A stretch of DNA of 64,000 nt, taken from contig OZ025782.1 of the NCBI GenBank assembly GCA_964019425.1, positions 1,240,001 to 1,304,000 of the forward strand. The letters are read 5' to 3'. The translations under genes and the position numbers were made by a program. The notes under the pieces were generated by a model, which was not told the DNA's origin, did not search any database, and saw nothing but the letters and a program-made list of their open reading frames with translations. The stretch is from Flectonema sp. DT1601. Its lineage: Eukaryota. Below are positions 33,747 through 48,300 of this stretch, in pieces; position 1 is the stretch's first letter; every line of letters begins with the position of its first letter.

Positions 33747-33890
33747 ATTTTTACGTGAACAATTGTGAAATTACTGATTAGAGGCTTTTACAAAAAAACA
33801 AAAAAAAACGACGCGCATAGTACGAAAAAAAGTGAAACAAATCCGAATACAGAATGGTGATAGTAATGATGAATGGTTTAAAGTAAATAT

Positions 33891-36800
33891 CTACAACACG
33901 CTTTCCTTCGTCTTGTTTTCTGCTGTTTTGCCTCTCAGAGGACTTTGTACAGACACACCAGGATTGTCCTTTTTCTTTAGTATATTACGAAGCCACCTAC
34001 TAGCTTTTCCTGGTTCTTCACTCTCCCCTTTGTCAGTATCTGTTTTGGTACCGTGAACCATTGTTCTTAATTGGTCAGCTTCCTCTTCAACTGCTGCAAG
34101 ACGTTCCGCTGTTGCTCTTACCTCTTCGAATCGGTCCTGCTCATCTTTCATTGCGGACTCTGCGTCAGCACGGAGACGAACGGTTTCAACCTGTTTTTAA
34201 TTAGTTATAATTATTGTTCACTGTTACAAAATTGTAGGTACAAAAAATAATCCATAAGTAATAAAAGGTTTCCATACCTGGGCTGCTACTAATCTCTCAC
34301 TGAGTTTTTTGACTTGTGTTTCAAGACTTGTTTTTTCACGAGTCAGTTTGCACGGTATCAGTCCTAGTAAGATCTGTTGTAGGTGTTATGATGTTTTTAT
34401 TATTAAAAAAAAGAAAAATATATGAAAATGTCATAAAAAAAAAATAATAAAAAAAAAACATACGTCAGTCGCATCCAGTCGAGCTACCAAAGTTGAAACC
34501 TGTTCGTAAACAGTTACTGATGTATTTGATGAAGAGTGTACAAGGAGATTATTGAGAGTCTGAATATTAGTAAAAGGTTTATCATCAACAGATGTTACGA
34601 TCATTCCAACTCGGAGACCTTTTTGATCGGAAATACTTCCATCCTCAACTGATGTAATCATGTTGTTCTCATCTACTATAATTTCAGATTCTTGACTCGA
34701 CGAGGAATCGAACATGATGGTAAATTCAATTTTATTATCTCCATCATCAATATCATGAAGGGTTTTCTTTAATTGTACGTACGTTTGGATGATCTTTTCT
34801 TGAATTGCTTCACTGTCAACAACGTGTGTTCCAGATGCTAAACATAATTGTTCTTGGAGGGCGTCAACCTGAGACTGAAGAGCAATTACTGAAGCGTCTG
34901 GTGCGCTGTCTCTGGCTTGTTTTAGTTTGTCTTTCCACATTTCTCTTTCGTCGGAGAATAGTTCCTTCATTTTAGAATCAGTTTTCATCTCTAATTCTTC
35001 GATATCGGAAATTAGATTTGAAACATGTTCCCGAAGCTTGAGATTGTTCTCAACAGTTTCTTCTGTTTCACAATTCTGTTTTGCCGATCTCATTTCATTA
35101 GTCAAAGAAGCGACTTTGAAATTGGCATCTGACAGTTGTGATTCCATTTCATCTAATTCAGCTTTTGATTTATTCAATTCATCCGTAGCAGTGGTGAGTT
35201 GCTCTTTTAGTTGCTCCGCATCAGATGATGATGTCTGTAACTGTTCCGTAAGAAGAACTATTTCTGATTCCTTTGAATTAGTCTCCGACGAGAGTCTCTG
35301 TAAGTCGTCGGTTTTGCTGTTCAGCTCCTGATTAGTATTTTCAAGAAGTTCGTGTGATGATCGTAGACAAGCCAGTTCAGCAAGAGACTCTTCAAGTAAA
35401 TCTTTCGCTGATTTCAATTCCAATCCGAGAACTGCCTTTTCCTTATCAACAGTAACCTTTTCAGCAATGGCTTCTGTTAAAGAAGTGTTTAAATTATCCG
35501 CCTGATCTTTAATTGTTGTTAATTCCAAACTCAGTTTAGACATTCCTTCTTCACCTCCCTGAGTTAAGGTTTCAACTTCATCAGTTAACTCTTTAATTCT
35601 TTCTTTTGATTCCTTCAACTCAGACTCAACAGAGAGCGATAATTCATCTGATTGTTGTTTTGATTTGTTTATTGACTCTTCCAGAGTTGTTATTTCTTGT
35701 TGTGATGTTTTCAGCTGTTCTTCCAACTGCGATTGTTCATTAGCTTTCTTTTCTTTTAGAGCTTCCAACTCTCCAGATAATGTTGTGATTTGTTCATTGG
35801 AGCTGCTGACAGCTTTTTCTAAATCACCCTCAAGTGTAGCAATCCGTTGGTTTGATAGTTCCAGTTGCTTGGACACATCTTCTGAAGTTTCTTTTAACTT
35901 TTCCAACTTTGTAGTAAGCTCAGTGATCTGCTCTTCAGAGTTGACTTCTGCGTTCTTTAAATCATTTTCAAGAGTTGTAATGTGTGATTTCAATGATTCT
36001 AATTTCGCTTCAAGATCTCCAACCGCTTCAGACTTTTCCAAATCAATCTCCGTTTGCTTATTTTCAAGCGTCACAATAAGATCCTTAGAGCTCAACAATT
36101 GTTGTTCTAGTTCACTGATGGCTGTTAAGTTGCTTGTTGATTCTGTTTCTGCTGAGGTAGCTGCGCCTTTCAGTGATTCAATTTGTTGCTTTAAATCGAC
36201 CAGTTCAGTTTTGGTTGTTTCTAACGTCTTTGTGAGGGATGAATTCTCCTCTTTGATTGCCGTTAGAATAGTATCAGTTTCTTCACTTTCTAACTTTAAT
36301 GTAGTGAAGTCAACTTCATGTGTAGCAAGAAGTTCGTCTTTCTCACTGACTTGCTGCTGTAGGTTAGTGATATCAGTATTTAATAATAAAATCTTGTTAT
36401 TCAACTCTTCTTGAAGTGATTGTTTTGCTTCCATCAAAGCAGTAGTTCCTTCCTCAGCTCCCTGTTTTGATAATTCAATATCCAACTTCAAAGTTGAGAT
36501 ATTCTCATTTGCGGTTGCTAATTCATTTTGCAACAGAGACTTCTCAGTCACCAAGTCCCTCGATTGCTCCTTAGCAGTACTGAGTTCTGTTGTCAACATT
36601 GAGAGTTTTTCATTATTGGTGTCTAGCTGCGACTCTATTGTCGTATTTTTTTCTAAAATTTCCGTAAGGTTATTGTTAGCATCTGTCAACAACCCAGATG
36701 TGGTAGAAATCTGGTTTTTCAAATCTGTATTCTCCTCCAACAGTTTTTTTGCCTCTTCGGTAGCAGACATAATCTCATTTTCCATAACTTTATTCTTCTC

Positions 36801-39134
36801 TGATTCTGCGGTGAGCTCCTCTCTGATGTCATTGAAGGATTTCTCACCAGATAGTTTCTCCTCAGTTAGTCTGCTTATATCATTTTCGTGGGTTTTTTGG
36901 TTCCCTGATAACGTATCAGCATGCTCTTGGAGTGTGGACTTCTCTTCGGTTAATTTGATTATGTCTTCTTCAAACTTAGATTTTTCTTCGGAAATCGTAT
37001 TGAGTTGAATCTCTAAGGACTTATTTTGATCCTCCAGGGTACTGATTTGCGACAGTTGCTCATCAAGCGTTGAATTCTTTTCAGCAAGTGAGGTAATTTT
37101 CTCATTGGCTTGAGACACCTGCAACTCGAGTGACATTTTCAGTTCGTTGAGTTTGACGTTCGCTTCAGTGGATTGGGCTAATTTGATTTCCAGAGCTGAG
37201 AAGTCGTCTCCCATCATTGCGGATGCGTCTTCCGCAGACTGCTTTGCTTCAAGAACTTCACAAGTAAGTTTTTCAATGACTTCTTTATTGTATTGAGTTT
37301 CCTTCTCTCTGGTAACTAACTTGTCTTCCAACGTTGATTTTGCTTCCATGAGTTCAGCCATCCCATCTTCGCTATTCTTTTTGAGCTCTTCCAAGTCTGC
37401 TGTTAATGTTTTGCATTTTTCAGTTGTTTCACAAAGATCTTTCTCACTGATTGATAATTTCTCTGTTGTTGCTGTTAATTCTTCTGATTGCGCAGACAGC
37501 TGCTCTACTTTACTTTCAAACGATGTTTGCTTCTCTTTTAAAAGAATTAATTCATCTGTAGTGTCTGAGAGCTTCTGTTTGACAGAAGACAATTCGTCTG
37601 TTTGTGAAGCAACTTTATTATTGAGATCTGTTTCCATGACTAGCTTGTTATCGAGTTCAGTTTGTATCTCTGTTTGCTTGTTTTCTGAGCTGAGTAACTT
37701 ATCGCTGATTTCTGTTATATTATTTGAAGATGTTTCTAACTGCTCAGTCAGTGAAGTTATTTTCTCTGATTGTGTAGTGAGTTGCTCATTGAGGTTCAAT
37801 TCCAATTGTTCTTTTTGTTTTATGATTGCGGCTGTTCCTTCTTCAGCACCCAACTTTGAGGTCTCAAGAGCTGATGTGAGTGAAGTAACCGTGTCTTCAC
37901 TTTGAGATAGTTTACCTTCAAGTAAATCACGAGAATTCGTTAGACTACTAATCTCATCTGTTAGTGTAGTAACTCGTTGATTTGTCTCACTGAGATTTTC
38001 TTCAAGTGTACAAAATACTTTACTTTGATCCTCGACAGAGCTATTTGCTGTTTCAAGCTGAGATTTCAGTTTAGTAATTTGATGTTCAAGATTGTTATTA
38101 GAGTCGGTAAGTGATGTGACAGATGCTTTTGATTCAGTTAGTTGAATCTCTAATGCGGAGATGTCATCATTCGTCATGGTCGATGATTCCTCAATTGAGC
38201 GTTTTGCCTCCTCCAGTTCTGATGTTAGTTTTTGTACCGTCTCACTACTTTCTAATAGGTTCCTCTCGGATGTGCTGTACTGAAGTGAAATTTCTTTTAC
38301 TGACTTTGAATTTGATTCGCATGTTGTTTTACTTTCCTCCAATTCAGATGTTAAATTTGATAGTTCTTGTTCGAGAGAAGAGATGCGAGTTTTATTGTCT
38401 GTCTCGGATCCCATGAGATTTTCAATCTTAGATTCCATTTCAGAAACGAGTTTCTTGTTAGTATCGAGGTCAGCTTCGTATTGCTGAATTCTCATATTGG
38501 AATCGAGAAGCTCTGCGCACATTTCTTCCATTGATTTGGTTGCGATTCTGGCTTTTTCGAGCTCATCGCTAATGCGATTTGCGCGGACATCAGATCTCCG
38601 CGATTCCGACATGGTATCGAACTTGAGAGCTTCATGTGATTTTGAGATTTCTGAAATTTGATTTTGTAGCTCTCCATTTAACATGTTTGCTGCTGCCAGT
38701 CGGTCAGCCATTTCACTAACTCCGCCATTTGTTGATTGAGCGGCTTCCCTCGCATCTCTTAGAAGTTTTAATTCACACTCCATGTCGCTAACTTTCTTTT
38801 CTAACTCTTCTCTATCCATACGTGAAATAATCTTTTGTTCCCTTCGATACTGTGCAAGTGCCTCCAACAGACCGGATACTTGCATTGTATGTTGATTCGC
38901 TACTAAGGTATACGGCCGTCTAAGTTCTTTTCCTGTTATAGTAAGTTGGGTGACGCTCTCATTTATGATCGTTGATTTTTCTAAGTCGATCACACCAAGT
39001 GGTTTTTCATTGTAGTAAACTAATTTACTACCTCGTAATTCAAACCATCGATCATGGTCTCGTTTAAGTGCGCTACCTGCTTGCTTTTTTAGAGATCCCT
39101 GCCATGTAGTGCCTTCACTGATGCGGGACTCCAT
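33891..39134 (-). CDS. PH domain + very long coiled coil + PDZ-like domain protein, 3 exons, ~1688 aa
   Basis: Exons 39134-34464, 34373-34278 and 34190-33891 are in frame. PH motif GSLKKQ..RWFEL..LVYY, ~1300 aa of heptad-rich E/K/L/S/T sequence, and PDZ-like ITSVEDGS..KGLRVGMIVTSVDD. Confidence 0.85.
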
Positions 39135-39823
39135 GTGGAGGTTCTGTGATGAAGGGAAGGGAAAGTTTTTTTTTTTCAATTAAACAACCAAAAGACCATA
39201 ACACGTAGTAGTGAGCGCGAGTGTCGCTTTTCTAAATTTCTTACTTTTTTAACCAAAAAAAAAAAAACGCTTTTCCCTGTACAGGAAACAACAATCTACG
39301 ACTTTAAAAAAAAAAAAAAAAAAAAAAAATCAAACTAATTTTCTAATCACATTCCTACCAAGTAGTTTATAAAAAAAACACGTTTAGTTATGATAAGGAT
39401 AAAGAAATCAATCCGATAAAATAGTGAGAATGAAGAAGCAAATAGTACCACAAAGCAAGAATAGAAAGTGGAGCTAAAATAAAACAGATACTTGACAAAA
39501 GGGTAATGCTAGTGTATGTAAACACCTCGCATTTTGGTTAACTATTACTCGAGAGTTGAGAAACAAAGTGGGCAACCTTCGGAATACGTTTTAGAAAAGA
39601 AAGAACATCATGTGAGTGAGTTCATGCTTCACAGCACAAAAAAAGAAAAAGCCAAAACAAATTGAAACCAATCAAAACTTTAAAGAAGAGAGGGTCTCAT
39701 ATAATATAAATCAGAACAATAACGTTCGGTCATCGTCAACACATAAAGTGCGTACGAGAACTTTTATAAACTAAGGGGAAAAATAGATTAGATAAATAAA
39801 AAATAATAATCAACATCATGTTG

Positions 39824-40429
39824 TTAAGACATTGAAAAGGGATTCTTGCGGACTACTAAAGTTAGTTTCTCTCCAGGTGAACTTTCAGACCAGATTTCCT
39901 GAACGTAAGCCGAAGTTGAAACAGGCTCTCCACCCATGGCAACAACATAAAATCCAAGGTAATCACTGAGACCTGCTCGTGAAGCAGGTGTATCAGTTGC
40001 AACTTTGCGGACGACTACACCACCATCCCTAGGTTCGAGGAAGCAGCCCAAAGGACCAGGAACACGAACAAGAGTAAGAGTTGCTTGTTGGTATTTGTAA
40101 AACAATTTAGAAAAGCCTAACCAAACCCCAGTAACCCCATTAGATATTCTCAAAACATCTCTACGTGAGTTGACAGGTAATCCGTTGATACTTGCTAAAC
40201 ACTTTCCCTTAAACAATGCAACACCAAACTTATGACAAGGAGACCCCTGATGAACGTTAGTTAGCATCATTCCTTTCAACTGAAGACCCAGAGGTTCATC
40301 CACCTCCTTCGACACCCAACAAGAATCAGAATTAGGATCCGCTTCCTCATGAGGTATAAACCGATGACTAAGAGGTGTTGTGTTCTCATCAGTGTGTTGA
40401 AGACTATGCCATACAGAACCGGTTTCCAT
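39824..40429 (-). CDS. small protein with two PDZ-like domains
   Basis: EPLGLQL..LTNVHQGSPC..LASING and GPLGCFL..VVRKVATDTPASRAGL..VVAMGG. Confidence 0.75.
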   Translation of the reverse strand: METGSVWHSLQHTDENTTPLSHRFIPHEEADPNSDSCWVSKEVDEPLGLQLKGMMLTNVHQGSPCHKFGVALFKGKCLASINGLPVNSRRDVLRISNGVTGVWLGFSKLFYKYQQATLTLVRVPGPLGCFLEPRDGGVVVRKVATDTPASRAGLSDYLGFYVVAMGGEPVSTSAYVQEIWSESSPGEKLTLVVRKNPFSMS

Positions 40430-43124
40430 TAAATTACGATAGTTGGGAACACAAAAAAAAAAAAAAGAAAAACACCTGGTTTCAGAGATAAATTATACGC
40501 CTACCATTCCACTAAGAAATCCATCACGACACTAACAACTCAAATATTCATTTGTGTAGAAGAGGTCCTGTATTATAAAAGAAACAAAAAGATTATTACT
40601 GCACAGTTACAAACCTACTAGTACTAAGCAGCTGCAGTGGGGACGCAAAAAAAAAAAAAAAAAGTGAAACTGGGCTCCGGGAGAAGGGTATTAACTAAAA
40701 AGAAAAACGGCGGCTGGGAGTGGAGGGTTCAACGTATTACTAAATCTCGCAGAGTTCTTGAGTCTCACTGGGCACATAGGCACCGCGGTGGAAAGTGTTT
40801 TCATGCACAACAGGGAAGGGCTGAGCAATAAACCTAATTTACTACTACAGAAATCTCAGAACAATAATTAACTTAGAGCAGGATGGTGTTGCAAAACTAT
40901 ATTTCTGTACGCTAATGGTGCCAGCCACTGTTTCTTGTACTGAAATAGCTGATCACTACCAATCAAATTATTACTGACTGAGTTCTAAGAGAGCTTTGAA
41001 CACAATTTTTTGTTCTTTTTTGGAAACAAAAACATAGCTAAAAAGCTCCTTCATTGAATTTTTTTTTTTTTAGTATATTTTTTTTTTTGTTTTGATTTTG
41101 TTTGGTTTTTTTTTTCTTTTTTTTTCTTTTTATTGCATTTTCCAGACTCATAATAATGAACTCTACGATTAGGGTGGGAAAGAAAACAAGACAAGGGTAC
41201 AGAGAACGGGGAACAACCAAATTGATGACCGGATGGAGACAAGAGGTCGGATGTAGACCACTTCTACCACCGTGTTCTATTTCACTTGTTCGCATTGCGC
41301 ACTCATACTTGGTTTGGGAATTCCCACCAGATTGCGAAGTACAACACTCAAAACAATCTTCACAAGCATGCTACGAAAACGTCGTTCACTCTCCTTAACA
41401 CGCGCGCAAAGCAGAATGATTCAGCAAGTCATTCATTCGTGAGCTGTATTCCAATCCAGAAAGCGCTCCAAATGCGTTACTTATCGCGGGAGGTTCAATT
41501 CCCGCTCAGGGATAAAACCTATAGCTAACTACTGCCAGCTGAGTACGAGTTTCATTGACAGGAACAACCAGAAGGAATACGAATGACAAGAATAACAGAA
41601 AAAAGAGGGAAAAGTGAGCGGGGGCACCGAACCGCTATGCGGCTACGTAACGGACAACAAGAAAAGCAATAACGAGAATGAAATTGAATAAGGCTATAAG
41701 TAGTTTTATTGAAAACCATAATCACGTACAGAAATAAACAAGACTCACACCGCCAACATTTCATTTATTACTGAACTCTATACAGCTTTTTTTTGTTGAA
41801 GCAAGAAAAATAAAAAAAAATAACGGAAACCTGGGGAAAGCAGAGCCTGTGTACAGATTCTACACAAACCAACTCTTTAAGGAAAACAAATAAGTTATAA
41901 TGAAGCGAGTCACCAAAGTAGACACATGAAGAGGTCTAACATCACACTAAAAACAATGAGCAAAAAGTTACATGAATAGAATAATACACAAAAGGCTTAA
42001 CACTAGTTCTCTTACACAAAAAACAAATAAAAAAAAAACTCTGAATTTTCAGAGGGCTTCATCGTCTTCTTCAGCCACAAAACATAACACGTAACAGGAC
42101 AAGTGGTTGGCAGTGTGCCCTTTCTTTGTGTGTTCAGCATACAACTAGGGGAACCAAGCTTAATGTGCAAATAAATAATCGTGAATTTCTCAACATCGTC
42201 TAAACAGGTGTTCACGTAATGAATTTCATCCCAAAAAGCAAAGGAAGGGGAGAGCGGTGTCAGTTTATCGCAAGTACTTTGAGCAAAATCGTTGTGTTGA
42301 AAAGAAGGAAGGCACTTGTTAATAGCCAGCTGGCGTTTATATAAATACGAAATACACAAATATGTTATGCAAATGTGTTTTTGTTAATTTAACGCGACGA
42401 CCTCAGGCAGGCTTGTTTTTCATTAGAAAACAGCCAGTGTTCGCCCACTGTATTTCCAAGTGGCGCGTACAGGGAAGACATTCTCACTAGCAGATTTTTC
42501 CTTCGCATTTCTTTTTTTTTCTTCTTGTTTTTACAAAGATTTACTGTGTCATCAAAAATCGGAAAAAAAGATTCATCGCCGTGAGTTTTTTTTTTTTTTT
42601 CTTTTTTTTTTTCTTTGTTCTTTTTTTTTTTTTTTCCATGCGCAAACGGAGATTTTCTGCAATTGCGAAAAGAGTTGAGAATTTTCCTTAAAAATAAATA
42701 GTAAGATGGATCATTCCATAATATACGTTTATTTAAATACTTGTAATTTATATTTTTTTTTTTTTTTACTTTGAGTATATTGCACTGCCATCGATCAGAA
42801 GTACGCAGTGTTATTCTTGTAGAGAAGAGATATTTTAGTTGTTATTATTTTTTTTCCCTTCTGTGTGCTGAATAGTCGCACTTTTTTTTTTTTTTTTTTT
42901 AAATTTTCCCATTGTTGCCGACGTATTTACGAAAAAAAAAAAAAAAAAAAAAAGGTTGAAATTGAATTAATAGGTGCTCTGGGGTTTTTTTTTGTTTCTT
43001 TTTTTTTTTTTTTTGTGTTAATTGTCAAGGAAAGAAAAAAACGATATTCAAGTAGGCGCTTGCGCCAAATTCCCATCACAACAAGATTACGGGGGAGGTG
43101 AGGTTTTTTTGGAAGGACTGAACG

Positions 43125-43156
<32 letters not shown>

Positions 43157-45347
43157 GTATATACACCAACAACCACACTGAAGTCAAGAAGAGGCGTGGA
43201 CTACCGTGCACCCCTCTATTGCCCCATGCACTGTGAGGTGCAACCACAAAACCCATAATCAAAGGCAAATCTCCATTATACATGTTGGAGATCGTCCTTT
43301 TTTTTTTTTTTTTTTTTTTTTAAAAAATTCTTTCCATTCCCTTTTCCCCCGCCCTCTCTTAGATATTTTTCTTCACCTTTCTTCAGTGGATGACCTGCTG
43401 CTGTCTTGCCTCTTTTACTTTCTAAAAAGAGAAGAATTTCCTGCTCCAAAGCTAAATCTAACTCACAGACAGAGCGACGATGGTCCGATTAGCTTCAGAG
43501 GGAAACAGCAACATGTTATATACAGAAATTAGAAATCGGCAAGTGGATGAAGAGAAAGGGATAAAAGAAAAAAGTGTACCGTGTTACTTGCATCGGTAGG
43601 TGTAGAAAAAAGATGTTATTGCTCATTATCATCTATTTTTTTTTAGTAGACTTGCCAACAGCATCCGAGCCCATCTAATATTGCTATCTTTTTTCCGGTT
43701 ATACAAAAAAAAAAAAAGAGAAAAAAAAAGGAAACCCCTGCTGCCAATAAATATATTCAATTAAGAACCATCATTACTATTTTTGGCGAAAAAAAGGCTT
43801 AAAGGGAGATCATAAGAAAGAAAAAAAAAAAAGAAAAAGAAAAGAAGAAAAAATTGGGGGGGGGAAAAAAAAACTGCAGCCGCGGAAAGCTCGCGGGCTA
43901 ATAGGAGCGCTAAAAAAAGATTCATCATAAAATATAAAGAAGAAACTGAGGGAAAAAAAAAAGAGAAAAAAAAAAAGGCGGTATTAACCCACCCAACAAG
44001 TCAAACCAGCGGTGGCTGACCTAATTACGTAACGTTTTGGTGTTCCTTTTGCGGTAATATTTTATCGGCATCATCTCTTTGCTTTTTGTAATCATTTTTA
44101 AAAAGTTGTTTTCCTACCCCCATGCAATAAATTATTGACGTTCCACGCTCGTTGCCTTCTATTAATTCCAGTCCCAATTAAGCATAGCACGTTTCTGGCA
44201 CGCTTTTAGGGAGATAAAGAAACGAGAACAGGTTGGAAAATAAAAACTAACAACCTTATTCCGAGGGGATCGGAGTAAAGTAAACACCGTTCCTTTTTAT
44301 TGTAAACAGGATAGGTACGAAACAACACAAGTAGTATCATTACTTTTTTTTTTTTTTTTTTTTTTTTTCCTTTTCACGGATCCCCGTCCTACTCGAAGGA
44401 AAACAAACTGCGGGGTTATTTGCTTGTGCAATAGCTTGTATTTCTTCAAAATGAAACGTGAGGAGAGAAAAAGATGAAGAAAAAAAAAAAGAAAAAAAAG
44501 AGGGAAAAAAAATGAACCAATCAAAAATTGCGCATTAAACACCTTATGTCAAGAAACCCTTAAAGATTTTCTTGAATGGAAAAAAGAAATTTTTTTTTAT
44601 TTTTTTTAATTTCTGTAATTTCAGTAAAGAATAAAAAAAAAAAAAAAAGACGGACTGAAGAGGGCTCTACTATTTTATATTTATGTTCCTTACCAGGATG
44701 GTTTGTTTTCTTTATTTTTTTTTTTCCTTCTTTTCCTTTTTTTTCCTTTTTTTCCTGTATCCCCTGGGTTAAGACATAACTGTCGGACACAGAAGATTGT
44801 TGCAGTTCCCCAACTTTAGGTACACAGGGGTCCAACACACACACTGAGACGAAGGCACTAATACCGAGGGGAATAAAGGAAACAATACTCGAAAAAAGAA
44901 TCAAATAAAAAAAAAAAAAAAAAGAAATGAAGACTATACGCAGCAGGACTAATTCGAAAGATCTGAAGCTAATTTATTTGACGCAGCGAAGCAGCACCTC
45001 ATTATTTACAACTATTTCCTCCTTGTCGATTTTCTCAAGGGTTTATTCTCTCTCTTCTCAAAATTATTTTTTTTCGTTTTTTTTAAAAAATTATTTTTTT
45101 TTATTATTTTTTTATAAGATTTTGCTGAGACCGTCAACCAGCATTCAAGAGAACAAAGAATGAAAAAAAAATCACACGGGGAAGAATAAAAAAAATAAAT
45201 AAATAAAAAAAACAACCAATTTGGATCTACAGAAAAAATGTTTTTAGAGGCATCATTCACGATCACAATTATCAGTAATCACATTGCTAGAGGTATATCA
45301 AAGCAGAAAGGCGAATTGAAGAAAAAAAAACTAGAATGTTTCACTGA

Positions 45348-48300
45348 TTATATGTCTTCGTCTTTAATTGGCTCCTTGTCAGCCATCTCAGAGTATGGTG
45401 TTGTAGGAGCGTCGTCGGCATCCATAGGATCACCTTCGACATTCTCGTCAACCTGCGCATGGAATTGTTTGTTCCACTTCTCATCATCAACGTCTCCTGC
45501 ATTCTTGCGACGACGCCACCACAGTGCCGCCAAGATCAAGAAGCAGCACAGAATAGCTAAGATAATTAACAAAATACACCACCATCCACAGTCATCATCG
45601 TCGTCACCCAAAGCAGCACCAAAGATATTGCTATCGTTAGTTGATAAAGTTAATGTTAGTGTTGGGGTAAGTGTTCTCACTCCGACACAAAGAACTCCGT
45701 TGTGGAAGCAACGTTGCTGTAAATTGCACGTTGACGGGTCGTTGTTCCACCTTCCACAACCATTTGTCGGTGGCTTATCAAGACAGAGAGTGTCGTTGTG
45801 GTAGCAGTCAGCTTGATTATCACAAGTAACGTTGTCATTATTCCATCTCGCACATCCAATAACAGGAGGTGATGTAGTACAGGCAACTCCATCGTGGAAG
45901 CAACCGTCCAATTCATTGCACTTAACTGGCTCATCGTGAAAGTCTGAGCATCTTACTCCAGTGCAGGAAGCAAGGCTCATTGCCTCTCCCTTTCCTACCT
46001 GTGGTGGTAAGCACTCACAGTACCAATCACCTGATGTAGTCTTGTCAGGGTCAACACATTTCTGCTCTTCCACAACACATAATTTCTTACTGGTGCTGTT
46101 TACCTGCTGGCAAGTGTCACAGATGCTGCTGCACTCGTCCTTACCGCAGAGAGCTGGCTCCAACACTGCGCTACCCTGAAGTGGTGCAACACAAACACAT
46201 TCAAATTCAGTTGCTGTTTTTGGAACACAACGCTGTCCAGCATTAGTACAGACTTGTCCCCTCTCAATACAAATTCCAACTTCTTGGCAAACTGCCGCTG
46301 CGGCGGTGGCGTTACCCGTTGCTGGTGCGAAACAGTTGCATCTCCAATCGTTTCCAGCAACCTCATTTCTGTATGGGTCAGTACACTGTTTAGGTTGTGG
46401 ATTTTTAAATAATATTTCAAAAGAAGTAAATAATTAATAACACCAAACTCCAAGTATACATACATATTGACCGTTGTCAGCGCAGACCTTGGCGTTGGCT
46501 GCAACATCACACTCGTTGATGATACAATTCGCAGGCTTCATGAGAGCAGACTCGTCAGGGTTCATTGGACACTGGCACACCCAATCATTGGTGCTGGTAG
46601 TGTATGGGTTTGGATCAACACAAGTCTGCTCATCCCTAACGCAAACCATTTTGTTAGCTTGTCCATCAGTTCCCAGTTGCTCACATTCATTAAGGGCTGT
46701 TTGTTTGTTTTGTTTTGTTATTTATCCAGATTGAGCAGAGTTAACACAGTCTCTCAAGAATAAGTTTTTAATAACAGTTTTTAATAAATATAATAATGAA
46801 ATATTTCAGCAAACTCTTTCACTGAATGAATAAGAAACATACCACAGAGAGCAAGAGCAGCAGCCTGCGATCCAGAACTTGGTGGTGGGCAAGAGCACTC
46901 CCAGTCTCCGAGAGACTTCGATCCGATGTTTGGGTCGTTGCAGAGTTGGCCACCCGCGTAACAAATGTTTCCCTTGCCACTGTTGGCGCACGATGGGCAG
47001 ATGGAAACGCATTCGTCAATTTCACAGATGGCTGGTTCTTTCAAACCGTTGAGTCCGTCCTTTGGTGTGGATGGTTCAACACAAGCACATTCCCATTCAC
47101 CCATTGAAAATCCATCCACGCAGTACTGTCCAGCAGCAGCACATGTGCTTCCGAATTCCGTGCAGGTTGGTGAATCTGGGTGGGTGCAAGTTGCTACTTG
47201 AGCCACAGCACTTCCCTTCGATGGCTCATGGCACTCACACATCCAATCACCCAAAGATGTTGAGAGAGTGTTTGGATCTTTGCAAATCTGTCCGGCATTA
47301 CTGCAAACTGTTCCGTTATACTTACACTCGTCGTAAAAGCATGTTGCGATATCAGTTAATTTCTCACCCTCAGAGTCAACGCAAACACATTTCCAGTCGC
47401 TGTTAGCACCTGGTGACTTATCTGGATCAACACACGTCTGACCGGCATCAGTACAGATGTTGCTGCCGAACTTGATTACTGGTGCGCCAGTTGGAACCGG
47501 TTCATGAACTCCTGTACATCTCTGCTGAGTGGCAGGCTGACACTTGGCTCCTTGTTGCATGTTCCATGCTGATGCTGCGAGGAAACACCAGTCGTACCCA
47601 GTAAAGTCTGGATCACAGCATCCTGAAGTGCAAGGTGTTTTGTATCCTGGTTCACGTGAAGGACCAGGAGTACCATCCCATACCATACTCCATTGACAAG
47701 AGCACTCACATCCATCAACACTGTACCTTGGTCTATGATTACATCCAACAGCTGATGTTTCAGTGCGAACTCTGCACTCATCAAGCATACAAGAATCAAC
47801 TGGTGCAGCAACATTGCTGTCAGATGATGGAGGAGGACATCTACACTGCCAGTCACCTGTTGAAGTCGACGACTCATTTGGTTCGTAGCAAGTCTGTCCA
47901 GCAGCAGTACAGGCGTCTTGTGCTCCGTCAGTCTTCTTTGCGCAGTGTGAACAAACATCAGTACACTCGTTTATAATACAAATAGCTGCCTTCATAGTTC
48001 CTGGTGTTCCGCGTCCTTCTCTGCAGACACACTGCCAGTCATTTGTAATACTGAGATCAGGGTCAACACAGGCCTGCTCAGCACGGATGCAGATAATCTT
48101 ATTTTCTTCTACATCACATTCACCCTTGTACTTACAGACAGCAGGGGCACCAACAGCGAAGCCCTCAGCTGGTGGTGGGCACTCACATTGCCAGTCACCA
48201 AGGGCTGAAGGAGACTGGTTAGGATCTCTACAGTTCTGACCGACAGCAGCGCAAACTCTCTCCTTTTCAATACATTCATCAACAGTACATTCAGCTGCTC

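Noticed and set aside
34927..38416. Long plus-strand Ser-rich ORFs
   Set aside because: Antisense shadows of the coiled-coil gene.
41439..41510. tRNA-like GGTTCAATTCC T-loop with a CTCCAAA loop
   Set aside because: I could not build a consistent cloverleaf or a D-arm/A-box.
40430..45347. Short ORFs in the 4.9-kb spacer
   Set aside because: They are dominated by poly-A/T-derived K/F runs with no motifs, and are probably UTR or intergenic sequence.
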